Origin: Verrucomicrobiota bacterium
Lineage (GTDB): Bacteria; Verrucomicrobiota; Verrucomicrobiia; Opitutales; Opitutaceae
Assembly (NCBI GenBank): GCA_030601755.1
Contig: JAUWBF010000003.1
Span: 31,899-95,898 of the forward strand
Reading direction: 5' to 3'
Length of the DNA stretch: 64,000 nucleotides
Part shown: positions 9,615 to 17,517 of the stretch, in pieces
Layout: each line of letters starts with the position of its first letter
How positions within the stretch are numbered: position 1 is the stretch's first letter
The notes under the pieces: model-generated
The model's database searches: none
The model's input: only the letters and a program-made list of their open reading frames with translations
Told to the model about the DNA's origin: nothing
Made by a program: the position numbers and the translations under genes

Positions 9615-12600
9615 GTGTCCGCAAAAATCCTCCTGGTCAAAACCGGCGGCGCCTTCCGCGCCAAAGCATTGGTCGCGGTCAAGTCCGGACTCTACAACCG
9701 CCCCCTCGCCGACGAAGCCGAGCTTGAGAAGTCCCTGAGCACCGAGCGGTTTGACCTGATTCTTCACGACGGTCGCGACCTGAAGGGCGACCTCCTGGTC
9801 ATGGCCGAGCAGATTCGCGTCCACCAGGCCACCACCCCCATCATTCTCCTCTGCGCGGTCCCCGAGCTGGACGTGGTCGTCAAAGCCATCCGCCTCGGTG
9901 TGCGCGACGTGCTCCACGCCCCCGTCAACCTCGGCGCCCTCTTCACCCGCATCGCCGAGCTCCTGCAGCCCCGCCTGCACGACGACACCAAGGCCATCGC
10001 CCAGCAATATCGCCAGGCCATCACCTTCTTCCTCGCCGGCGAGGATGCCGGCGACGCCCCGATGCCCGCCGCCCGCGCCGAAGGCGTCGACAACGCCGAG
10101 CTCGAGGCTCTCCGCGCCGAGTGCGACCGCCTCACCAAACAGTTCGAGGAAGAGTCCGAGCGCCGCCGCCAGCTCGAGAACACCACCGCCTCCAGCGGCG
10201 CCGAGATCGAGCGTCAGCGCGAGGAACTCGCCGCCGCCGAGAAGGAACTCCAGGTCGAGCTCAAGCGCATCGAGGACGAGCGCGCCGCCACCGCCGCCGT
10301 CATGGCCGGCATCGAGGCCGAGCGCGCCCGCCTCAAGCAGGAGGCCGCCGAGATCGAGGCCCACGGCAAGACCATCGAGCCCGAGCGCAAGAAACTCGAA
10401 AAACTCCGCAAGGACAGCGAGAAGCTCAAGGCCGACCTCGACGCCCAGCAGGAAGACCTCGTCGGCCGCGAGGAGGCCCTCTCCCGGCTCATGCGCTCCC
10501 TTGGCACCAAGGAGGACCGCATCGCCGCCGACAAAAAGGCCGTCGAGGAAGCCACCGCCGCCCTTGAGGCCGGCGAGGCCGAGCTCGAGGCCGCCCAAAA
10601 GGCCTTCGCCGCCGAGCAGGCCTCCTTCGCCGGCGCCCGCGAGCAGATCGCGCAGGACCGCGCCAAGCTTGAGGCCGACCTCGCCGGACTCGAAGCCGCC
10701 CAGGCCGAGCAGAAAAAAGCCCTCGACGAACTCGCCCGCCGCGAGGCCGACCTCGCCGCTGAGCAGGCCGACCTCAAGTCCCGCGAGAAAAAACTCTCCG
10801 CCGCCCAGGCCACCCTCGCCACCACCGAGAGCCGTCTCGCCAGCCTGGAGGAGGAACTCAAGACCGCCGCCGCCGCGCAGGAAAAAACCTTTGCGGAACG
10901 CGAGGCCGATCTTGCCACCCGACTCGAGGCCGCCGGCAAACTCCAGGCCGAGCTCAAGGATGCCCGCGCCGAGCACGCCGCCGCCGAAAAGGCCTTCAAG
11001 ACCGAGCGCGCCAAGCTCGACGCGGACCTCGCCGGTTTCGCCGACGAACAGGCCCGCGTCACCCGCGAGGCCGAGCAACTCGGCGCTCGCGAGGCCGAGC
11101 TGCAAAACCGCACCGCCGAGCTGGCCAAGCTCACCGCCGATTTCGAGAAACGCCAGTCCGCCCAGACCAAGCGCGAGGCCGAACTCGCCGCGATGGAGGA
11201 GGAACTCGCCGCGCAGGCCGCTCCGCTCAAGAAAGCGCAGGAAGAACTCAAGGCCGCCCAGGCCGAGCACGCCGCCGCCGAGAAAAAGTTCGCCGCCGAG
11301 CGCGCCAAGCTCGACGCCGACCTCGCCGGTTTCGCCAAGGAAAAGACCGCGCTCGACCGCGAGACCGAGCAACTCGGTGCCCGCGAGGCCGAGCTGCAAA
11401 GCCGCACCGCCGAGCTGGCCAAGCTCACCGCCGACTTCGAGAAACGTCAGGCCGCGCAGACCAAGCGCGAGGCCGAGCTCGCCGCGATGGAGGAGGAACT
11501 CGCCGCGCAGGCCGCCCCGCTCAAGAAGGCGCAGGAAGAACTCAAGGCCGCGCAAGCCGCCCATGCCGCCGCCGAGAAAGCCGTCAAGGCCGAGCGCGCC
11601 AAGCTCGACGCCGACCTCGCCGGCTTCGCCAAGGAAAAGACCGCGCTCTCCCGTGAGACCGAGCAACTTGGCGCCCGCGAGGCCGAGCTGCAGGCCCGCA
11701 CCGCCGAGCTGGTCAAGCTCACCGCCGACGTTGAGAAACGCCAGTCCGCGCAGACCAAGCGTGAGGCCGAGCTCGCCGCGATGGAGGAGGAACTCGCCGC
11801 GCAGGCCGGTCCTCTGAAAAAATCGCAGGAAGAGCTCAAGGCCGCGCAGGCCGAGCACGCCGCCGCCGAGAAAAAGTTCGCCGCCGAGCGCGCCAAACTC
11901 GATGCCGACCTCGCCGGCTTCGCCGAGGAAAGCGCCGCCATCAAAAAGCTCGCCGCCGAGAACGCCGAGCGCGAGACCCAGCTTCAGGCCAAGGCCAACG
12001 AACTCCGCAAGACCGATGTCCGCCTGCAAAACCGTGAGAAGGCCATCGCCGAGCAGGAAGCCGAGCGCGAGGCTCTCTCCAAGGAACTTGAGACCAAGCT
12101 CAAGGCCGCCGACGCCACCCTCGCCGACCTCGCCGCCCGCGAGTCCCGTCACGAAGCCGCTGTCAAGGACCTCGCCAGCCGTCAGGCCCGGCTCGAGGCC
12201 GACCTCGCCGGACTCGAGGCCGAGCAGGCCGAACTCAAGACCCAGAAGTCCGCCCTCGCCAAGAAGCAGGCCCAGATCGCCGAGCAGGACGTCGAGATCG
12301 GCAACGCCCGCTCCGCGTTGGAAAAGCGCGAGGCCGACCTTGAGGCCCGCGAAAAGAAGACCAACGCCACCCTCGAAAAACGCGAGCAGGCCGTCGCCAC
12401 CCAGGAGGCCGCGCTCGCCAAGCGCCTCAAGCCCATCGAGGAGGCCGAGGCCAAGCTCGCCGAGAAGACCGCCGCCCACGCCGCGGCCGCCAAGGCCCTC
12501 GCCGCCGCTCAGGGCAAGTTCGACGCCGAGCTCGCCGGCTTCGAGGAAGCCCAGGCCGAGGCCAAGAAACAGGCCGCCACCATCGCCCAGCGCGAGGCCA

Positions 12601-13145
12601 AGCTCGCTGACAAGGCCGCTTCCCTCAAGACCCTTGAGACCGAACTCGGCAAACGCGAGACCGAGCTCGCCAAGGCCGAGAAGCAGGCCGCCGAGTCCGC
12701 CGCCAAGCAGACCGCCGACCTCGCCGCCCGCGAGAAAAAGCTGGGCGTTCGTGAAACCACGCTCGAGGCCCGTCAAGCCGAGGTCAGCGACATCGAAGTT
12801 CAGCTCAAGGCCGAGCAAAAGAAACTCCAGTCCGACCAGGCCAAGCTCGAGGCCGAGATCGCCGGCATCGAGGCCGCCCAGGTCGAGCTCAAGGCCGAGC
12901 AAAAGAAGCTCGCCGATCTCGCCGCCAAACACGCTGCCCGCGAGAAGGAGCTCAAGAAGCTCGCCGCCGAGACCGAGGCCCAAGCCGCCGAGTTCGAAGT
13001 CGAGAAGACAATGCTCGCCAAGCAGCGCACCCTCCTCGAGGCCGACAAGGAAGGCCTCGCCGCCGAACTCGCCGACTTCGAGACGAAGAAAAAAGCGTTT
13101 GATTCGGAAAAACGCCGACTGCAAAACCTGCTCAGCGCAGGCTAA
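9615..13145 (+). CDS. pseudo-receiver domain protein with about 1050-aa coiled coil (AglZ/FrzS-like architecture)
   Basis: GTG start. The N-terminal ~120 aa has a CheY-like pattern (KILLVKTGG...FDLILHDG...PIILLCA...VRDVLHAPV). The remainder is an uninterrupted A/E/K/L/Q-rich heptad-like sequence with internal 98-aa repeats. Confidence 0.75.
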   Translation: MSAKILLVKTGGAFRAKALVAVKSGLYNRPLADEAELEKSLSTERFDLILHDGRDLKGDLLVMAEQIRVHQATTPIILLCAVPELDVVVKAIRLGVRDVLHAPVNLGALFTRIAELLQPRLHDDTKAIAQQYRQAITFFLAGEDAGDAPMPAARAEGVDNAELEALRAECDRLTKQFEEESERRRQLENTTASSGAEIERQREELAAAEKELQVELKRIEDERAATAAVMAGIEAERARLKQEAAEIEAHGKTIEPERKKLEKLRKDSEKLKADLDAQQEDLVGREEALSRLMRSLGTKEDRIAADKKAVEEATAALEAGEAELEAAQKAFAAEQASFAGAREQIAQDRAKLEADLAGLEAAQAEQKKALDELARREADLAAEQADLKSREKKLSAAQATLATTESRLASLEEELKTAAAAQEKTFAEREADLATRLEAAGKLQAELKDARAEHAAAEKAFKTERAKLDADLAGFADEQARVTREAEQLGAREAELQNRTAELAKLTADFEKRQSAQTKREAELAAMEEELAAQAAPLKKAQEELKAAQAEHAAAEKKFAAERAKLDADLAGFAKEKTALDRETEQLGAREAELQSRTAELAKLTADFEKRQAAQTKREAELAAMEEELAAQAAPLKKAQEELKAAQAAHAAAEKAVKAERAKLDADLAGFAKEKTALSRETEQLGAREAELQARTAELVKLTADVEKRQSAQTKREAELAAMEEELAAQAGPLKKSQEELKAAQAEHAAAEKKFAAERAKLDADLAGFAEESAAIKKLAAENAERETQLQAKANELRKTDVRLQNREKAIAEQEAEREALSKELETKLKAADATLADLAARESRHEAAVKDLASRQARLEADLAGLEAEQAELKTQKSALAKKQAQIAEQDVEIGNARSALEKREADLEAREKKTNATLEKREQAVATQEAALAKRLKPIEEAEAKLAEKTAAHAAAAKALAAAQGKFDAELAGFEEAQAEAKKQAATIAQREAKLADKAASLKTLETELGKRETELAKAEKQAAESAAKQTADLAAREKKLGVRETTLEARQAEVSDIEVQLKAEQKKLQSDQAKLEAEIAGIEAAQVELKAEQKKLADLAAKHAAREKELKKLAAETEAQAAEFEVEKTMLAKQRTLLEADKEGLAAELADFETKKKAFDSEKRRLQNLLSAG
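10945..11935 (+). repeat. in-frame 294-bp (98-aa) tandem repeat, three full copies plus a partial fourth
   Basis: Phase markers GCCGAGCACGCC / GCCGCCCATGCC lie at 10968, 11262, 11556 and 11850, exactly 294 nt apart. Unit: ...AEHAAAEKKFAAERAKLDADLAGFAKEKTALDRETEQLGAREAELQSRTAELAKLTADFEKRQAAQTKREAELAAMEEELAAQAAPLKKAQEELKAAQ. Confidence 0.9.
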
Positions 13146-13157
13146 TAAACCCCCTTT

Positions 13158-15362
13158 ATGGCATCACCCAACGACTCACGCCTCTATCTTGAGATAACCC
13201 CCTGTTCATCGCGAGCGGCACTGGTCTCGGGCAACAAAGTGACGGCCTACGGCGAGTTCACGCCCGACGCCAAGGACGCCCTCGCCGCGTTTGTCGCCAA
13301 GCACGGCGCCGGCTCCTCCGGGGTCGCACTGGTCGTGCCGGAGCAGTTTCACGCCCTGCTCTCCGACGCCGCCCAGGCCTCCGGCAACCGCAACCGCGCC
13401 TCCTGGGAAAAGCTCGCCGCCGGCCTGCCCCACGGTTGCGACGGCCCGCTGAAAGTCTCCGTTTGCGACGCCCACTCCGGCACCGCGCCCGCCGACTCCG
13501 GCAGTGATCCGTGGGTCATGAGCATCACCACCCAGGCCGCCCTCTCCGAGGCCGCCGAGTCCGCCGTCGAGGCCGGCCTCAAGCCCGCCGGCATCCGCCC
13601 GCTGCTCAGCGCCCAGCTCGGCGCGGTCGTGCAGACCCTCCAGCTCACCGAGAACCACGACGACGTCATCGTCTACTCGATCGGTCGCGGCTCCTCCGTG
13701 CTCGCCCGTGTCTCCGCGCAGGGCGTGCAGGCGCTGACCGTCCTGCCCGAGGCCGGCTCCGACCGCTTGTTCGAGGCCGTGCAGGCCGGTCTCGGCCTCA
13801 AGTTCAAGGCCGCCGCCGTGAAGCTCTTCTTCAACGAAGGCTACGACTTCACCGACACCGCCGAGGCCATCGCCGCCTCCCTCTCCGAAGTCGTCAAACC
13901 CGCGCTCGCCACTCTCGGCGGCTCCCCCAAGGAGCTGCAGGTCGTCAGCCTGCTCCAGCCGCAGAAGTGGCTCGAGGACGCGCTGGCCAAGGCCCTCGGA
14001 CTCGCTCCGCTCAAGGCCGATCCCACCGGCCTCGCCCACGGCAACGCGCTCATCGCCGAGGGCCTGCCCTCCGGCGCCATCGGCCTGCTGCAAGCCATCG
14101 CCGGCCACTCCACCAGCCTCTCCGCCTGGCTCCCGCCGTCGGTTGACGAGGCCCCGGCTCCCGCTCCCAAGCCCGTCGCGCCTCCGGCCCCGGCCGCGCC
14201 CGCGCCGAAGCCGGCCGAACCTGCCGCGCCCAAACCCGCGCCTGCGCCTGCGCCGGCCCCCGCCCCGAAGCCCGAGCCGAAACCGGAACCGAAGCCCGAG
14301 CCCAAGCCCGAACCCGCGCCGGCTCCCGCTCCCGCGCCCGCCCCCAAGTTCACCGCGCCTCCGCCCGCCAAGCCCAAGGCCGCGCAGCCCAAGCCGCCGG
14401 CGCCCGTGCCGCGTCCCGCCGCGCCCGCGCCGGCCCAGCCGCCCGCGCCCGCCCCGATTCCCGCGGCCGCTCCCGCGACCCCCGAGACGCAGACCGTGCA
14501 GACCGCCGTCGCCTCCGCCGCGGCCGGCACGCCCGACGCCCCCCGCAAGGGCGGTGGCAAGAAGCTCGGTCTCATCATCGGCGCCGTCGTGGCGCTCGTC
14601 GCCATCGGCATCGGCGTCAAGGTCGCTGGCGACAGCAGCAAGGCCAAGGCCGAGGCCGCCCGCATCGCCGCCGAGGAAGCCGCCAAGGAGGCCGAGGTCG
14701 CCCGTCTGCGCGAGATCCGTCTCTCCGCGTTGAACGCCGAGGTCGCCCGCGACCCGATGTCGTTCAAGAACTCCAACTACTCGTTCGAGATCACCGACAA
14801 GGGCTTCATCCGCAAGCTCGCCAACTCTTCCAACCAGGTGCTCATCGACTCGGCCGGCGCGGTCAACCTGCAGGGCAGCTACGTCACCCCCGAGGGTCGC
14901 CGCGTGTGGTTCTACGCCGGCGGAGTCGGCAACTCCACCTACACGGCCACCGTGCAGAAGGGCATCGTGGGCGCCGACATCGCGTTCAGCGTGCACATCA
15001 CCCATCCGCGCTTCGAGCTGAAGCAAGTCATCACCTGTCTGGACAAGTCCGTGAAGGTCGAGGCCGACTTCACCCCCATCAAGCTCCAGGACGAGCGCGG
15101 CTCGATCAGCGCCATCTACGCCGTGCAGCTCTGGCCCGCCGCCCTCAAGGCGCGCGAGGAGGTGCAGGTCATCAGCGGCGGCGTGCGTTATCCCACGCAG
15201 AGCGGCCCGCTGCGTTTGACCTACGACGGCGACATCTGGCAGGTCGGCGAAAAGCCCGGCAAGCAGCTGGTTAACGTCGGCGACACCGGCACGGCCTTTT
15301 ACTTCACCGACGTGCCCGAGCCCGCCCGCCGCAAGCTCAACTACGAGATCGCGCTGCCCTGA
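13158..15362 (+). CDS. PilM/GspL-like actin-fold domain, Pro-rich linker, TM helix and unknown beta-rich C-terminal domain
   Basis: Starts 12 nt after the previous stop. N-terminus: RLYLEITPCSSRAALV...AVEAGLKPAGIRPLLSA...VIVYSIGRGSSVLARVS...GSDRLFEAVQAGLGLKFKAAAVKLF...ELQVVSL, a PilM/FtsA-like pattern. Then ~110 aa PAPK/PEPK linker, TM helix LGLIIGAVVALVAIGIGV, a short coiled coil and a ~200-aa domain. Confidence 0.6.
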   Translation: MASPNDSRLYLEITPCSSRAALVSGNKVTAYGEFTPDAKDALAAFVAKHGAGSSGVALVVPEQFHALLSDAAQASGNRNRASWEKLAAGLPHGCDGPLKVSVCDAHSGTAPADSGSDPWVMSITTQAALSEAAESAVEAGLKPAGIRPLLSAQLGAVVQTLQLTENHDDVIVYSIGRGSSVLARVSAQGVQALTVLPEAGSDRLFEAVQAGLGLKFKAAAVKLFFNEGYDFTDTAEAIAASLSEVVKPALATLGGSPKELQVVSLLQPQKWLEDALAKALGLAPLKADPTGLAHGNALIAEGLPSGAIGLLQAIAGHSTSLSAWLPPSVDEAPAPAPKPVAPPAPAAPAPKPAEPAAPKPAPAPAPAPAPKPEPKPEPKPEPKPEPAPAPAPAPAPKFTAPPPAKPKAAQPKPPAPVPRPAAPAPAQPPAPAPIPAAAPATPETQTVQTAVASAAAGTPDAPRKGGGKKLGLIIGAVVALVAIGIGVKVAGDSSKAKAEAARIAAEEAAKEAEVARLREIRLSALNAEVARDPMSFKNSNYSFEITDKGFIRKLANSSNQVLIDSAGAVNLQGSYVTPEGRRVWFYAGGVGNSTYTATVQKGIVGADIAFSVHITHPRFELKQVITCLDKSVKVEADFTPIKLQDERGSISAIYAVQLWPAALKAREEVQVISGGVRYPTQSGPLRLTYDGDIWQVGEKPGKQLVNVGDTGTAFYFTDVPEPARRKLNYEIALP
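14268..14315 (+). repeat. (KPEP)4 coding microsatellite inside a Pro/Ala/Lys-rich linker (about 14140-14480)
   Basis: aag ccc gag ccg aaa ccg gaa ccg aag ccc gag ccc aag ccc gaa ccc. Confidence 0.8.
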
Positions 15363-15398
15363 GCGTCGCGGCGATCTGAACCGCGTTTGTCATTTCCA

Positions 15399-15429
15399 AG
15401 CCCGGGCGGTTTTCGCCCGGGCTTTTTTT
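15399..15429 (+). terminator. intrinsic terminator after the two-gene operon
   Basis: GCCCGGGCG-GTTTT-CGCCCGGGC followed by TTTTTTT. Confidence 0.8.
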
Positions 15430-15495
15430 GCGCGCGGACGGCAGCGTGCAAAAGCGCATTGTGCCCGGCGGCGAGGACCCCTTGTCTGCGCTGTC

Positions 15496-16401
15496 ATGAG
15501 CGACGCCCTTCAGCCCATTCATTTCTATGACCGCCACGACCGGACCGTGCGCACCGAGCGCATCTACGGCGAAAAGTGGCTGCGCTGGGCCTACGAGCAT
15601 CCGGTGGGCCGCATGAGCGTCGAGGCGCTGCTCAAGCGCGCGGTGTTTTCGAAATGGTATGGCTGGCGCATGAATCGCCCCGCGAGCGCCGCGAAGGTGC
15701 TGCCGTTCATCGTCGACTACGAGGTCGACGTGGACGAGTTCGCCAAGCCGCCGCTCAGCTACAAGACCTTCAACGAGTTCTTTTATCGCACGCTCAAGCC
15801 CGAGGCGCGTCCCATCGCGCCGGGCGCGGAGGTCGCGGTGCTGCCGGCCGACGGCCGCCACCTGGTGTTTCCCGACGTCGACGCGTGCATGGGTTTTTAT
15901 GTGAAGGGCGCGAAGTTCACGCTCGCCGAGCTGCTCGGCGACGAGGCGCTCGGCCGCGAGTTCGCGGGCGGCTCGTTGGTCATCTCGCGGCTGTGTCCGG
16001 TGGACTATCACCGCTTTCATTTCCCGGTGAACGGCACGCCCGGCGAGCCGGAGCTGATCAACGGTTGCCTCTACTCGGTGAGTCCGGTGGCGTTGCGGCG
16101 TAACGTCCGCTACCTCGTGCAAAACAAGCGCGAGCGCACGCTGGTCGACTCGCCCGAGTTTGGCCGCGTGGCGGTGCTGGAGATCGGCGCGACCTGCGTC
16201 GGGTCCATTGGTCAGGAGTTCGTGCCGGGTCGTGCGGTGGCCAAGGGCGACGCCAAGGGCTGGTTCGCGTTCGGCGGCTCGTGCGTGGCGACGGTGTTTC
16301 AGCGCGGCCGCATCCGCTTCGACGCGGACCTGGTCGAACAAAGCGCGGGCCACGTCGAGACCTACGCGAAGATGGGCGAGCGGCTGGGCGTGGCGACGTG
16401 A
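15496..16401 (+). CDS. psd: phosphatidylserine decarboxylase proenzyme
   Basis: 301 aa: FNEFFYRTLKPEARP...LCPVDYHRFHFPVNG...GWFAFGGSCV (GS cleavage motif). Confidence 0.9.
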   Translation: MSDALQPIHFYDRHDRTVRTERIYGEKWLRWAYEHPVGRMSVEALLKRAVFSKWYGWRMNRPASAAKVLPFIVDYEVDVDEFAKPPLSYKTFNEFFYRTLKPEARPIAPGAEVAVLPADGRHLVFPDVDACMGFYVKGAKFTLAELLGDEALGREFAGGSLVISRLCPVDYHRFHFPVNGTPGEPELINGCLYSVSPVALRRNVRYLVQNKRERTLVDSPEFGRVAVLEIGATCVGSIGQEFVPGRAVAKGDAKGWFAFGGSCVATVFQRGRIRFDADLVEQSAGHVETYAKMGERLGVAT

Positions 16402-17258
16402 AGCAAACCTGTTATCTCAAGCCTGTCGTGAACGCGCTCAATGCGCTGAACGACATGCTTTGGTTCAATCGTTTCAACGGCCATGAAGCTATGGGGCTGA
16501 TGATGGCAATGTCCGGGGAAAAACCTGAGGGGCTCACCGGCGAGTGTTTTCCCGGCAATCCGTTTGCGGCGCGTTTTAACGTGCGTCTCAAGGAGGTTGG
16601 ACGGCATGGTGCCATGCACGACGAAATGTTGTTCCGTGTCGTTTATGGCTGCTCCTACGAATATTTCAGCCGACATCGAAAACGAATGTTGGAGTTGCTG
16701 GAATCGTGCGGAGGCAAGCCTTGGATATCGCCGAGAAAAAGCGGATCCGAGGCACCCGAAGAACGGTTTGATCGGGCTTTGCGTTCATGCGGTTACCGGC
16801 GGATGCGTCACCGGCACAAGGTTTCGGCCGCTTACGCGCGGGTCCGCCGGAATCAGTATTTCCACGCAGCCGATGCGACGTGGGGAAAGATGGCGGGCAT
16901 ACTGGCGAGCAGCGGGGCAAGGCTTAACCAACTTTGGTCCAGACAACCGGCGGTGGATCGGGTGGATTTCACGAGTGATGGCTTGAGCGGCTGCTCCACG
17001 GAGGAGGCGATCGGGCTTTTGCGATTGCTGCTCATCCTGACCAAAGAGATCGATGCCCACACGGTGGCTTTGCTCGATCAGGACAAGCTCGTTGAGCACA
17101 GTCTTGCCCTCTGGACCGAAGAGGAAAAGTCGAGGCGGCTGGCGGGCGGGCGGGGTCGGGTGACTCGGATGGTTGTGCGGCTGCGCGACGAATTGGGAAT
17201 CCGGCGCGGTCGCGGCGATGTCGAGATGCTGCTGGTCAGGAATCGCGGCTTGCCATGA
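16398..17258 (+). CDS. hypothetical protein, AT-richer, with RNxxxH (HEPN-like) motif
   Basis: Part of ORF 16281..17258. Candidate starts are GTG 16398 (GTGA overlap with the psd stop) or ATG 16455. Contains AYARVRRNQYFHAAD, which I verified at the DNA level. Composition is visibly less GC-rich than the flanks. Confidence 0.5.
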   Translation: MKQTCYLKPVVNALNALNDMLWFNRFNGHEAMGLMMAMSGEKPEGLTGECFPGNPFAARFNVRLKEVGRHGAMHDEMLFRVVYGCSYEYFSRHRKRMLELLESCGGKPWISPRKSGSEAPEERFDRALRSCGYRRMRHRHKVSAAYARVRRNQYFHAADATWGKMAGILASSGARLNQLWSRQPAVDRVDFTSDGLSGCSTEEAIGLLRLLLILTKEIDAHTVALLDQDKLVEHSLALWTEEEKSRRLAGGRGRVTRMVVRLRDELGIRRGRGDVEMLLVRNRGLP

Positions 17259-17293
17259 CGGCTCCGGCGGTTGTCTTCATTGGCCAACCTCCC

Positions 17294-17378
17294 GCCCGGG
17301 TGGTGGAATTGGCAGACACGCCAGACTTAGGATCTGGTGCCGAAAGGCGTGCAGGTTCGACCCCTGTCCCGGGCACCA
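17294..17378 (+). tRNA. tRNA-Leu (anticodon TAG)
   Basis: GCCCGGG acceptor stem pairs with CCCGGGC, followed by A-CCA. Anticodon stem CCAGA/TCTGG with loop CTTAGGA. Long variable arm TGCCGAAAGGCGT. T-arm GCAGGTTCGACCCCTGT. Confidence 0.9.
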
Positions 17379-17444
17379 ATGTTTATCGCGTCCTTTGTCA
17401 TCGTAGGGCCGGTGACCTCGCGAGGAGAGGGCGCGAGAGACGGG

Positions 17445-17475
17445 CAAAAAACAGCGCCTCCCGTGGAACGAGAGG
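17445..17475 (-). terminator. probable intrinsic terminator downstream of xylA
   Basis: Minus strand reads CCTCTCG-TTCCA-CGGGAGG (one G-U pair), then CGCTGTTTTTTG. Confidence 0.45.
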
Positions 17476-17517
17476 TGCCGTGTGCCGACGAGAACGTGGC
17501 CTGTTTTTTCAGGCGGC

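Noticed and set aside
9609-13124. 1171-aa minus-strand ORF mirroring the coiled-coil gene
   Set aside because: It is G/L/E low-complexity sequence with no domain pattern, a typical antisense open frame of GC-rich repetitive coding DNA. The plus frame has a clear receiver domain and heptad character.
14140-14480. Non-coding satellite or CRISPR-like repeat
   Set aside because: It lies in frame inside a long ORF and encodes a Pro/Ala/Lys/Glu linker. The periodicity is codon-based.
16398-17378. Integrated prophage or integrative element at tRNA-Leu
   Set aside because: There is no integrase. I found no direct repeat of the tRNA 3' end. Only a single foreign-looking gene lies on the 5' side of the tRNA.
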